A DNA stretch of 51,323 nt from Chlamydiota bacterium (GTDB lineage: Bacteria; Chlamydiota; Chlamydiia; Chlamydiales; Criblamydiaceae): assembly GCA_013288845.1 (NCBI GenBank), contig JABDBB010000001.1:1-51323 (forward strand). The letters are read 5' to 3'. Shown in pieces: positions 9,375-18,459 of this stretch. Under the pieces are notes generated by a model. That model saw only the letters and a program-made list of their open reading frames with translations, did no database searches and was not told where the DNA came from. Every line of letters starts with the position of its first letter. Position 1 is the first letter of the stretch. The position numbers were made by a program, and so were the translations under genes.

Positions 9375-10173
9375 CGAAAAGGCACATTTCTCCCGATTCG
9401 ATTACTCCGTCTACCCCTTTCATCATTTGTCCCATCAGATTTTTCATGGCGATTTCGGTAAATCCGGGAGAGTGACAGGAGAAGAGAACAAAGACAGGAC
9501 GGTCTGATAACAGCTGTCTACACATGTCCAACAGAGAAAGAATGTCTTCCTCAATTTTAAAAATCTCCCCTTTTGATCCTCTTCCGAAAGAGGGGGGATC
9601 CAAAATAATAGCGTCGTATTTACTGCCCCGTCTCAGCTCTTTTTTCAAGAATTTTTTTACATCGTCAATGATCCAGCGAATAGGCGCATCGGTCAATCCG
9701 TTAAGGGCCGCATTTTCACGCGCCCAAGTGATCATCCCTTTAGAGGCATCTAAATGGACCACTTCAGCTCCGGCTTTTCCGGCAGCCATAGTGGATCCGC
9801 CGGAATAGGCAAAAAGATTCAACACTTTCATTTTTGAAGAGGTCTTTTTATGATGATGCAAAATTGTCCGGGTGATCCATTCCCATTGCGGCTTTTGTTC
9901 CGGGAAAATTCCCAGATGTCCGAAATCGGTCGGTTCAATTTTGAAGGTAATTCCGGCAACATTGATGTGCCATTTAGGCGGAAGAGTTCTGAGTTGAGAC
10001 CATTTTTTGTCTTCCTCTCTGGTGAAAACAGCTTGCGCTTTGTCCCATTCTTTTTCGGATAGAGTAGGGATCCACAAAGCCTGAGCGGCCGGTCTACGAA
10101 TAAGAAAAGGGCCGAATTTTTCGAGCTTGTTTCCTTTTCCGCTATCAATTAAGGTATAGTCGTTCTTTTCCAT
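9313..10173 (-). CDS. Class I SAM-dependent (r)RNA methyltransferase, RlmI/RlmK catalytic-domain-like
   Basis: Motif I LNLFAYSGGSTMAAGKAGA and motif IV ILDPPSFGRG. Confidence 0.7.
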   Translation of the reverse strand: MEKNDYTLIDSGKGNKLEKFGPFLIRRPAAQALWIPTLSEKEWDKAQAVFTREEDKKWSQLRTLPPKWHINVAGITFKIEPTDFGHLGIFPEQKPQWEWITRTILHHHKKTSSKMKVLNLFAYSGGSTMAAGKAGAEVVHLDASKGMITWARENAALNGLTDAPIRWIIDDVKKFLKKELRRGSKYDAIILDPPSFGRGSKGEIFKIEEDILSLLDMCRQLLSDRPVFVLFSCHSPGFTEIAMKNLMGQMMKGVDGVIESGEMCLFGEKNVLPLPSGTFARWYCGD

Positions 10174-10326
10174 ACGAATAGTATAAAGATTTGAGAGGAA
10201 TAGATCAATAGAGGAATTTATCCTGCGAATCGATCGGATTAAATTAATTTATTGACGAATAAATTGAATGATGAGATGAAAATAAAAGTTACGTTATTCA
10301 ATAAATTTTAACCATAAGGAACTATT

Positions 10327-10479
10327 ATGAGATTTCCCGGAAACATAGGCATTCTTCTTTTGGCGATCTATTTGATCCTCACAGGAATTATGATCATAGC
10401 CCCAGCGTTTGTCATCCCTGCGATTGTTTTAGGTGTATTGGCACTTTTATCAGGAATATTCCTTCTTATCGGCAGATAA
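10327..10479 (+). CDS. Small hydrophobic protein, 50 aa, two predicted TM segments (not in the supplied ORF track)
   Basis: My translation is MRFPGNIGILLLAIYLILTGIMIIAPAFVIPAIVLGVLALLSGIFLLIGR. AAGGA lies 8 nt upstream of the ATG, and an intrinsic terminator follows. Confidence 0.45.
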   Translation: MRFPGNIGILLLAIYLILTGIMIIAPAFVIPAIVLGVLALLSGIFLLIGR

Positions 10480-10503
10480 TTCTCTACCGATATTGAGTTA
10501 AAG

Positions 10504-10530
10504 GCGGCGACATTGTCGTCGCTTTTTTTT
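10504..10530 (+). terminator. Rho-independent terminator after the small membrane ORF
   Basis: 8-bp stem GCGGCGAC/GTCGTCGC (one G-U pair), followed by T8 at 10523-10530. Confidence 0.6.
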
Positions 10531-10612
10531 CGGCCCGACTTCTCGCATATGGATTAGCAAAAAACAAATATGTGTTTATGCATATGTATCAGCAGTGATT
10601 ATAAAGTTTTTT

Positions 10613-10833
10613 ATGCCGGTCCTTCAGACCTCTATATTTTTTTTATATACTACCCGGGCCTCCGCTCCGCTACGACCCGGGCTGTAACATGCCGGCCCTT
10701 CGGGCCTTAGTTTTAGTTTTCCGCATGTTTAATTTCTAAGGCCCGAAGGGTCGTCATGTTACAGCCCGGGTCGCAGCGAAAGCGGAGGCCCGGGTTAGGT
10801 TAGTAAGGAAAGGGAGGCCCGAAGGGTCGGCAT
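10613..10833. repeat. 221-bp GC-rich nested palindromic element
   Basis: Inner arms 10653-10709 and 10737-10794 are near-perfect reverse complements. Outer arms 10613-10632 and 10814-10833 are degenerate reverse complements. The unit GGCCCGAAGGGTCG(T/G)CAT occurs four times in alternating orientation. Confidence 0.85.
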
Positions 10834-10845
10834 AAAAAATGATCA

Positions 10846-12033
10846 CTAACTAACAGTAACTTCAAATCTTTTTGTTATTTTTATGGAATAGAGGGCAATC
10901 ACTGCAAAGGCGGAAAAGGGGACAATCATAGAAAAGATCAGGGTAAAATGATCGACCAAAAGACTTTGTATGAGAGGGAAAAAAGCCCCTCCGATATTTG
11001 CCATACAGAGGAGACCCGAAACTTTCGTTTTATCCGCTTTGCATTTTTCCAGTGTCATTCCGAAGATTACCGGAAAAAGAATCGAGCAGCTGAATCCTAA
11101 AGAAAGAACGGCAAAAGCCCCTAAATATCCCGAAGAAAAAAACAGAGAGGTGCATAAGACCATTCCCGATGCTGAAAAGAGAAACAGAGATTTTTCTTCT
11201 CCGAATTTTTTCAAAAATCCGGGGCCAAGGATTCTTCCTCCGGTAAACAGGATCCAAAACAAACAGGAAATTCTCCCTGCCGTTGCGGGATCTGTGTGTA
11301 AAATTTCGCCGGAAGAAAGATAAGGTAAAAGAGAATAGGCACAAGACACCTCGACGCCGACTGCAGCTGCGATACCTGCCATTCCCCAAAGAACTACCCT
11401 TTCTTTTAACGCCGGGAAATAGGAATTCTCTCCTTTTTCTTTCCGGTTTGAATTTGCGGGAGACGGTTCCGGCAAAATAAGGATGTAGCTGATGAGCAGC
11501 AATAGTCCCGATATGAGTCCGATGAGAGAATAGCTCAATCGAAAAGAGCCTTCAAAAAGAATAAAAGAACCGAGATAAGGGGAGACAATCATTCCCAAAG
11601 CTGTTGCGGCATGAACTAAAATCATATTTTTTGCAGGATCGGACCTTAGTTGCATCACATAAGGATTGCCGCACACCTGAATTGTCGCTATTCCTATGCC
11701 CAGAATAAATATCATGCTGACGACTGTAAAAAAATTAGGAATTTCTTCTGATAGGAGAACAATAGGAAAGGCGAGAAATCCGATGAAAAGCCCTGCACGG
11801 AGTCCTTTCAAAATATTTTTCCCTTTAAAAAGAGTACCGACGACCGGCGAACACAAAAGATAAGCCGTATAAAAAGCGATCGGAATAAGGCTTAAGAGAG
11901 TGTTGCCTACCTGTAAAATCGGTTTAAGATAAGAGAGTAAAATGCCGTTAAAAACGGTGATCAGTCCGCAAAGAAAAAATGCGGCGGACAGAAAAAATAA
12001 AGCTCCGGAATTTTTGTGTAAGTCGGTATCCAT
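10846..12033 (-). CDS. MFS transporter (glucose/galactose or fucose permease-like; possible inositol/sugar importer)
   Basis: 395 aa with ~12 hydrophobic segments. Divergent from the iolB operon. Confidence 0.7.
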   Translation of the reverse strand: MDTDLHKNSGALFFLSAAFFLCGLITVFNGILLSYLKPILQVGNTLLSLIPIAFYTAYLLCSPVVGTLFKGKNILKGLRAGLFIGFLAFPIVLLSEEIPNFFTVVSMIFILGIGIATIQVCGNPYVMQLRSDPAKNMILVHAATALGMIVSPYLGSFILFEGSFRLSYSLIGLISGLLLLISYILILPEPSPANSNRKEKGENSYFPALKERVVLWGMAGIAAAVGVEVSCAYSLLPYLSSGEILHTDPATAGRISCLFWILFTGGRILGPGFLKKFGEEKSLFLFSASGMVLCTSLFFSSGYLGAFAVLSLGFSCSILFPVIFGMTLEKCKADKTKVSGLLCMANIGGAFFPLIQSLLVDHFTLIFSMIVPFSAFAVIALYSIKITKRFEVTVS

Positions 12034-12072
12034 ATCGGATAAGAGATAGATATTTCTTATAAAAATGTCAAA

Positions 12073-12087
12073 TTATAATTTTCAATT
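12073..12087 (+). promoter_or_regulatory. Putative -10 region upstream of iolB (TATAAT at 12074-12079) inside the motif TTATAATTTTCAATT
   Basis: Same 15-mer as 36-50. It lies ~70 nt upstream of the iolB start, in the divergent intergenic region shared with the MFS transporter. Confidence 0.3.
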
Positions 12088-12147
12088 GCATGTATACTTT
12101 ATTTTTGTTAGCGTAGGAAAATTATTCCGGTTGAAAGATACTGTAGG

Positions 12148-12966
12148 ATGGTCATGAGCAATTTAGATACACATTATCGCAACGGATTTCCCTTGGGGAT
12201 TTCGGAGATAACGAAACCTGATGACAGGACAGGAATTGCCTTTTCCGTTGTTCGGATGGCAAAAGGGCAAACGCATACATTTGTTCCGAAGGGAGAGCTA
12301 TCTTTACTACAGCTTTCAGGGGATTTAGAAGTAACTTTTGAAGGCAATCGATATAGAAACAGAAGAGAGAATTTTTTTGAAGACAGTCCGTTTGCCGTTC
12401 ACCTATCCTGTGAGATATCCCTTCAGGTCACCGCTTTTACAGAGTGTGAATATTGTATTTTTGAGACACCTAATAAAAAAAAATTTCCTCCGGTTGTCTA
12501 TTTGCCCGAGCAAACTTCCGATGAACTCCGCGGAAACGGCTGGGTAGGAGATATGGCTTTGAGATGCGTCAGAACAATTTTTGACAATTCCAATAGCCAT
12601 CCCGATACAAAACTTGTTTTGGGCGAAGTCATCAATTTTCCGGGAAGATGGTCCAGTTATCCTCCGCATCATCATCTGCAGCCCGAGCTTTATCATTATC
12701 GATTTACCCGTCCGGAAGGATACGGTCATGCAGAATCGGGTGAAACCGTATATAAAGTGCGCAACTACGATACATTAAAAATTATGGATGAACATGATCA
12801 TGCACAATGTTCCGCTCCCGGATACGGAATGTACTATCTTTGGGTGATTGCTCACACAGAACAATCCCGGTATATAGTCCCCGAATTCACTCCGGAACAT
12901 AGCTGGGTGATGGATAAAGAGGCAAAGTATTGGTTGCCGAAAGCTCTTAATGAGGTTGCTCGGTGA
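12148..12966 (+). CDS. iolB: 5-deoxy-glucuronate isomerase
   Basis: 272 aa, the typical IolB size. Cupin-like core with YPPHHH. Operon context with iolC/D/E. Confidence 0.8.
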   Translation: MVMSNLDTHYRNGFPLGISEITKPDDRTGIAFSVVRMAKGQTHTFVPKGELSLLQLSGDLEVTFEGNRYRNRRENFFEDSPFAVHLSCEISLQVTAFTECEYCIFETPNKKKFPPVVYLPEQTSDELRGNGWVGDMALRCVRTIFDNSNSHPDTKLVLGEVINFPGRWSSYPPHHHLQPELYHYRFTRPEGYGHAESGETVYKVRNYDTLKIMDEHDHAQCSAPGYGMYYLWVIAHTEQSRYIVPEFTPEHSWVMDKEAKYWLPKALNEVAR

Positions 12967-14792
12967 ATAAAAAATTTGATATTATTTGCATGGGCCGTGC
13001 TGCCGTAGATTTGTATTCCGACGATATCGGTGTTGCATTGGAAGATGTTTCTCGATTTTCAAAATATTTAGGCGGATGTCCCGCTAATATAGCTGTAGGT
13101 TGTGCGAGGCTTGGATTGCGGACTGCGATGATCACTCGGGTCGGCGATGAAGCCATGGGACGATTTGTTCGCAAAGCTCTTTTGAAAGAGGGAGTGGATG
13201 TTTCTTTTGTCAAAACCGATTCTAAAAGGCTTACAGGATTAGTTATTTTAGGAATTGATCCTCCCGATAAATTTCCATTGATTTTTTACAGAGAAAATTG
13301 TGCCGATATGGCTATTTGTAGAGAAGATATCACCGGAGAATTTCTTTCTCAATCTCATTCATTGCTTATTTCAGGGACGCAATGCTCCCAAGAAGAAAGT
13401 TTTTCCGTTGTAAAATATGCAATCGATCAAGGGAAAAAATTAGGACTTAAAATTATTTTGGATATCGATTACAGACCGGTTTTATGGAAAGTTTCTGGGC
13501 ATGGGGAAGGGGAAAATCGATATGTAGAAAATCCGAATTTTTCAAAAAGAATCGGCGAAATAATTCCGGAATGCAATTTGATAGTCGGTACGGAAGAAGA
13601 ATTTATTGCTGCCGGAAATGTACGAAATGTTGCCGATGCAGTTATTGCAATAAGAAAAAAAACCTCCGCTATTTTAGTTTTAAAAAAAGGAGAGAAAGGA
13701 TGTGAAGTATATTATCCGGGGAATTTTGATTCATTACAATCTACCCCCTTTCCTATTACAGTATTGAATGTACTTGGTGCAGGCGATGCCTTTCTGAGTG
13801 GATTTCTCTCCGGATTCCTTAAAAATCTTCCTTTGGAAATGTGTGCAAAGCTTGGAAATGCTAACGGAGCTTTGGTCGTTACCCGGCACGGATGTTCTCC
13901 TGCTATGCCTTTTAAAGAGGAACTGCAACTTTTTATAGAAAATCCGGGAAATTTAGATAAAGTCAATGAGCTGCATATAACTATAGAAAATTCAAGAGAT
14001 CTAAAAATAATCAGTTTGTTGGCTTTTGACCACCGGACATATTTTAAAGAGCTTGCTTTGCATCACAATGAAGATGAACATACCATCTCTGAATTTAAAA
14101 AACTGATCTTTGAATCATTCCAAAAAATCCCGCAAATCGACGGCATAACTTACGGTATTATTGCCGATGAAGAATATCCTATCGATAAAGAGTTTCTCTC
14201 TTTTCGATGCATTGAAAAGCCGGAATCGAGCCCTCTGGAATTTATTGGAGAGCGGAATGCAAAGGAAATTTTGAATGATCGACCGAAAGAGCAAAATGTA
14301 AAAGTATTGTGTTATATTGATGAAGATATGCAATCCGTGGAAAAACTGAAAGAGCTCTATTGCGCTACACAAGAATCGGGTCGATCCTTATTGATCGAAC
14401 TGATTGACAGAGACGTCATCTTCGGATTACAACGTGTTGTGGCTGTGATTGATATGTGTTTGCAAAAAGAAATTTTTCCCGATTGGTGGAAGCTGCAACC
14501 TATTCATGACGAGGATTCGTGGAAGCGCATTGCCCGACTTATCGATACAGCAAAAATACCCCCTAAAGGAGTGTTGCTGTTGGGAGGGAACCAATCTCCG
14601 AAAGAACTGAAAAAAAACCTCCGGACTCTGTCAGAAAAATATCCGTTCATCAAAGGATCGGCAATCGGAAGAACCGTTTGGGGTGAGGCGGCAATAAAAT
14701 GGTTTGCTAAACATATAGATGACCGGGAAGCGATGGCGATGATTCAAAAAGAATTTCTCTCTTTAACAGAAATTTCGCCGAGTAATCTATGA
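12963..14792 (+). CDS. iolC: 5-dehydro-2-deoxygluconokinase (PfkB) fused to a DUF2090/aldolase-like C-terminal domain
   Basis: 609 aa. PfkB signatures GGCPANIAVGCARLG and VLGAGDAFLSGF lie in the first ~330 aa, followed by ~280 extra residues. A 4-bp overlap with iolB and with iolD suggests translational coupling. Confidence 0.8.
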   Translation: MNKKFDIICMGRAAVDLYSDDIGVALEDVSRFSKYLGGCPANIAVGCARLGLRTAMITRVGDEAMGRFVRKALLKEGVDVSFVKTDSKRLTGLVILGIDPPDKFPLIFYRENCADMAICREDITGEFLSQSHSLLISGTQCSQEESFSVVKYAIDQGKKLGLKIILDIDYRPVLWKVSGHGEGENRYVENPNFSKRIGEIIPECNLIVGTEEEFIAAGNVRNVADAVIAIRKKTSAILVLKKGEKGCEVYYPGNFDSLQSTPFPITVLNVLGAGDAFLSGFLSGFLKNLPLEMCAKLGNANGALVVTRHGCSPAMPFKEELQLFIENPGNLDKVNELHITIENSRDLKIISLLAFDHRTYFKELALHHNEDEHTISEFKKLIFESFQKIPQIDGITYGIIADEEYPIDKEFLSFRCIEKPESSPLEFIGERNAKEILNDRPKEQNVKVLCYIDEDMQSVEKLKELYCATQESGRSLLIELIDRDVIFGLQRVVAVIDMCLQKEIFPDWWKLQPIHDEDSWKRIARLIDTAKIPPKGVLLLGGNQSPKELKKNLRTLSEKYPFIKGSAIGRTVWGEAAIKWFAKHIDDREAMAMIQKEFLSLTEISPSNL

Positions 14793-16642
14793 CAACCACA
14801 ATTGCAAAAGAAATTCTCTCTTCAATTAAGCCAAAAAAAATTGCTCTTACTGCATCGGAAGCCCTTATCCGTTTTCTTAGTAATCAGAAAATTGAAACCG
14901 AAGAGGGCATTGTTCCGCTCTTCGGAGGCATTTGGAGCATATTCGGACACGGCAATGTAGCGGGCATAGGAGAAGCTATCTGCCGCTATAAAAAAGAACT
15001 TCCTTTTTTTCGCGGACAAAATGAACAGGGAATGGCGCACGCTGCCATTGCATTTGCCAAAATAAATCGATGCAGAAGAATGATGGCGGTTACTACCTCT
15101 ATAGGTCCGGGAGCAACAAATCTTTTGACTGCAGCAGCACTTGCCTATGTAAACAGGCTTCCCGTTCTTTTTTTGCCGGGAGACATCTATGTTTCCCGCA
15201 GACCCGATCCTGTATTGCAGCAAAGTGAAAATACGACATTTCCCGGAGAATCGGTCAACGATTGTTTTAAACCTGTCAGTGTATTATGGGATAGAATAGT
15301 TTGTCCTGAACAACTTTCAGATCTACTTCCTAAAATACCGGAAATGTTATTGAATCCGCTGACGCGAGGTCCGGTTACCATCTGTCTGCCGCAGGATGTA
15401 CAGTCACAAACAGGATATTTTTTTTCCTCTCTTTTTGAAGAAATAATTCATACGGTTCCAAGACAAAGAGCGGATAGAAGACAAATTCAAAAGGCGATAG
15501 AGCTCATATCCTCTTCAAAAAGACCTCTGATCATTGCAGGAGGGGGAGTACATTATAGCTTAGCGGAAGAAGTTTTACAAAAATTTGCAGAAAATCATGG
15601 AATTCCTGTTTGTGAAACACAAGCGGGAAAAGGATCTCTTTTAGGCGATCATCCTCTGAATTTAAGTGGTATCGGAGTGACAGGCACGAAATCTGCAAAC
15701 AGAGCAGCTGAAACTGCAGACCTGATCATTGCTATAGGGACACGTCTCAACGATTTTATTACGGCATCGAAAAGTCTTTTTCCCGATAAAAAAATTTTAG
15801 GGATCAACATCAACTCATTTGACAGCATAAAATGCAGAGGCGTTTCCTGCGTATCGGATGCTTTGGAAGCTCTTGAAGAGATTTCTTCCGGACTCAATTA
15901 TTCTACCACCCAACAATATCGTAAGGAAATAAATGATCTGAAAATCGGTTGGGAAAACACGTATAATCTATTCACAGTGCAAATTCCCGGAACTTCTACA
16001 AGCGATGCACAAGTTGTCGCAACGGTGAATCGTACTATAGATCCGAAAGATATTGTCGTGGCTGCAGCAGGGGGAATTCCGGGAGAATTAAATAAATTTT
16101 GGAAGGTCCGTGATCGAATCGGCTATCATTGTGAATATGGCTACTCTTGTATGGGATATGAAATTGCCGGCGGTTTAGGAGTCAAAATTGCCCGACCTGA
16201 TAGGGAAGTATACATCATGACGGGAGACGGAAGCTATCTGATGATGCATACCGAACTACTCACCTCTTTACAGCTTGGGTATAAAATTAATGTCATACTT
16301 TTAGACAATAAAGGATTCGGATGTATTCATCGGCTCCAGACTTCATCCGGGATTTCTCCCTACGGAAATTTATTTAAAGAATGCAAATCGGTAGATTTTG
16401 TCGCAAACGCCTCTTCATACGGATGTTATGCAGTGAAAGTCCGCGATTGTAATGAATTGGAAAAGCAAATTCATGAAAATAAAAATCGTACCGAAAGTTG
16501 TGTGATTGTCATTGAAACGGATCCGGACAAAGCTTCACCGGGAAGTGCCTGGTGGGATGTGGCTATTGCAGAAGGATCTCCCTGTAAAGAAGTACAAAAT
16601 AAACGATTTCTCTATGAGAAAAAATTAAATGAAATTTCCTGA
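14789..16642 (+). CDS. iolD: 3D-(3,5/4)-trihydroxycyclohexane-1,2-dione acylhydrolase (ThDP-dependent)
   Basis: 617 aa. ThDP-binding motif GDGSYLMMHTELLTSLQLGYKINVILLDNKGFG. Confidence 0.85.
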   Translation: MTTTIAKEILSSIKPKKIALTASEALIRFLSNQKIETEEGIVPLFGGIWSIFGHGNVAGIGEAICRYKKELPFFRGQNEQGMAHAAIAFAKINRCRRMMAVTTSIGPGATNLLTAAALAYVNRLPVLFLPGDIYVSRRPDPVLQQSENTTFPGESVNDCFKPVSVLWDRIVCPEQLSDLLPKIPEMLLNPLTRGPVTICLPQDVQSQTGYFFSSLFEEIIHTVPRQRADRRQIQKAIELISSSKRPLIIAGGGVHYSLAEEVLQKFAENHGIPVCETQAGKGSLLGDHPLNLSGIGVTGTKSANRAAETADLIIAIGTRLNDFITASKSLFPDKKILGININSFDSIKCRGVSCVSDALEALEEISSGLNYSTTQQYRKEINDLKIGWENTYNLFTVQIPGTSTSDAQVVATVNRTIDPKDIVVAAAGGIPGELNKFWKVRDRIGYHCEYGYSCMGYEIAGGLGVKIARPDREVYIMTGDGSYLMMHTELLTSLQLGYKINVILLDNKGFGCIHRLQTSSGISPYGNLFKECKSVDFVANASSYGCYAVKVRDCNELEKQIHENKNRTESCVIVIETDPDKASPGSAWWDVAIAEGSPCKEVQNKRFLYEKKLNEIS

Positions 16643-16657
16643 ACAAAAGGACATCGA

Positions 16658-17569
16658 ATGGATCAAAAAATTAAAATTGGGGTGAGTCCTCTTTCCTGGA
16701 TGAACAGTGATATTCCGAAACTTGGTCGACATATTGCTCCGGAGCAATGTCTTATCGATGCGGCTTCTATCGGATATGAAGGAATTGAATTGGAAGATCC
16801 TTTTCGAAAGATCATCGACACACTTCCCTCACTCCTCAAAAAATACGGACTCTCTCTTATCGGAGGGTGGCATTCGACCTTTTTACTTGAAAATTCCATT
16901 ACAAAAGAAAAAGAAAATCTAAAACGACATATGGACCTTCTCGATTCTCTCGGAGCTCGAATTGTCAATATGGCGGAATGTAGCAGAGCAATTCATCGCA
17001 ATGAAATAGGCCTCTCCCAAAAACCGGTCATGGATGAAGAGGAATGGAAATATTTATGCGAATCTCTCGATGAACTCGCTTTTTTCCTCCAAACGCAGGA
17101 ATTCACAAGTGCCTATCATTACCATGTAGGAACGGTCATCCAAAACAGTGATGAAATTGAAAAGCTCATGGACAATACATCCCGACTCGGATTGCTCTTT
17201 GATTCAGGCCATTTACGTTTTACAGGTGTCGATCCGATCCCTTTATTAAAAAAATATATTCATAGAGTCCGGCATGTACATGCAAAAAATATACGTCCTT
17301 CGGTATTGGAAAACCGGCTGTCGGAAGACGCTTCTTTTTTTTCTGCTATCCTGTCCGGAGTCTTTACCGTTCCGGGAGACGTAAAAGAATCGGAATCTCC
17401 CCCTATCGATTTTGAAGCAATATGCGATATCCTGCTGGAACATCATTATAACGGATGGATTGTGGTCGAAGCAGAGCAGGATCCCAAAAAGGCGCCTCCG
17501 TATCCCAATGCAAAATTAGGATATGAGACGATAACCAAATTTTTGATGAGAGAAAAAACGCATTTTTAA
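16658..17569 (+). CDS. iolE: myo-Inosose-2 dehydratase (xylose isomerase-like TIM barrel)
   Basis: 303 aa. N-terminus KIGVSPLSWMNSD is typical of IolE. Operon context. Confidence 0.8.
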   Translation: MDQKIKIGVSPLSWMNSDIPKLGRHIAPEQCLIDAASIGYEGIELEDPFRKIIDTLPSLLKKYGLSLIGGWHSTFLLENSITKEKENLKRHMDLLDSLGARIVNMAECSRAIHRNEIGLSQKPVMDEEEWKYLCESLDELAFFLQTQEFTSAYHYHVGTVIQNSDEIEKLMDNTSRLGLLFDSGHLRFTGVDPIPLLKKYIHRVRHVHAKNIRPSVLENRLSEDASFFSAILSGVFTVPGDVKESESPPIDFEAICDILLEHHYNGWIVVEAEQDPKKAPPYPNAKLGYETITKFLMREKTHF

Positions 17570-17655
17570 GAACTTTGCCCGAATTTCTTGCGAAAAACCG
17601 GTGTATGAAGGATGATAAACGGAAGTTTACTCCTTCATTCAATGAAATTTAACAG

Positions 17656-18426
17656 GTGATGAATATGCACGTTTGGGCTTTGGCTGATTTACATCTTTCG
17701 TTTGGTGTTCCCGATAAACAAATGGATGTATTCGGTGAAAAATGGAGGGACCATCCCGAAAAAATTAAAACGGCATGGGAATCACGAGTATCTCCGGATG
17801 ACCTGGTCCTCATTGCGGGAGATATTTCTTGGGGCAAACATTTAGAAGAGGCCATTCCCGATCTGGAATGGATTCAAGCGCTTCCGGGGACCAAAGTGCT
17901 TCTTAGGGGGAATCATGATTATTGGTGGACATCTATCAATAAAGTGCGAAATATTTTGCCCCCTTCGCTTCATGTCATTCAGAATGACTCGTATTATTGG
18001 AACGACATTGCCATAGGGGGGGCAAGACTTTGGGATGATCGCGATTTACATTTTGACGGGATCATAGACTTCGTCAAGACAGATTGCGTTAAACAACTGA
18101 CAGAGAATGACTTAGATATAGAGCAGGCAGAAAAAATTTATCTACGCGAACTGCAGCGTCTTGAAAGTAGCCTACGGCAGTTGAATCCGAAAGCACATAA
18201 GAAAATTGTCATGACCCATTATCCGCCGGTGGGTCCCCGGTTAGAGCCTTCGCGCGCATCCGCTCTTTTGGAGAAATACAAGATAGATACGTGTGTATTC
18301 GGACATATCCATAACATCAGAAATATCAGAGCCGGCGAAACGCCTTTTTTCGGTTCGGTTAACGGGATTGAGTATCTCATAACCGCTGCCGACTACCTTA
18401 ATTTCACCCCTGTAAAAATCCTCTAA
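17656..18426 (+). CDS. Calcineurin-like metallophosphoesterase
   Basis: Motifs ALADLHLS, IAGDISWG, LRGNHDYWW, FGHIH. Confidence 0.75.
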   Translation: MMNMHVWALADLHLSFGVPDKQMDVFGEKWRDHPEKIKTAWESRVSPDDLVLIAGDISWGKHLEEAIPDLEWIQALPGTKVLLRGNHDYWWTSINKVRNILPPSLHVIQNDSYYWNDIAIGGARLWDDRDLHFDGIIDFVKTDCVKQLTENDLDIEQAEKIYLRELQRLESSLRQLNPKAHKKIVMTHYPPVGPRLEPSRASALLEKYKIDTCVFGHIHNIRNIRAGETPFFGSVNGIEYLITAADYLNFTPVKIL

Positions 18427-18459
18427 ATTAAGCGCAATCGAGTTAAGAAAATTATCATT

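Noticed and set aside
9112-9507. 131-aa plus-strand ORF spanning the TrmH/methyltransferase junction
   Set aside because: It is antisense to two well-supported genes and has no RBS or recognisable domain.
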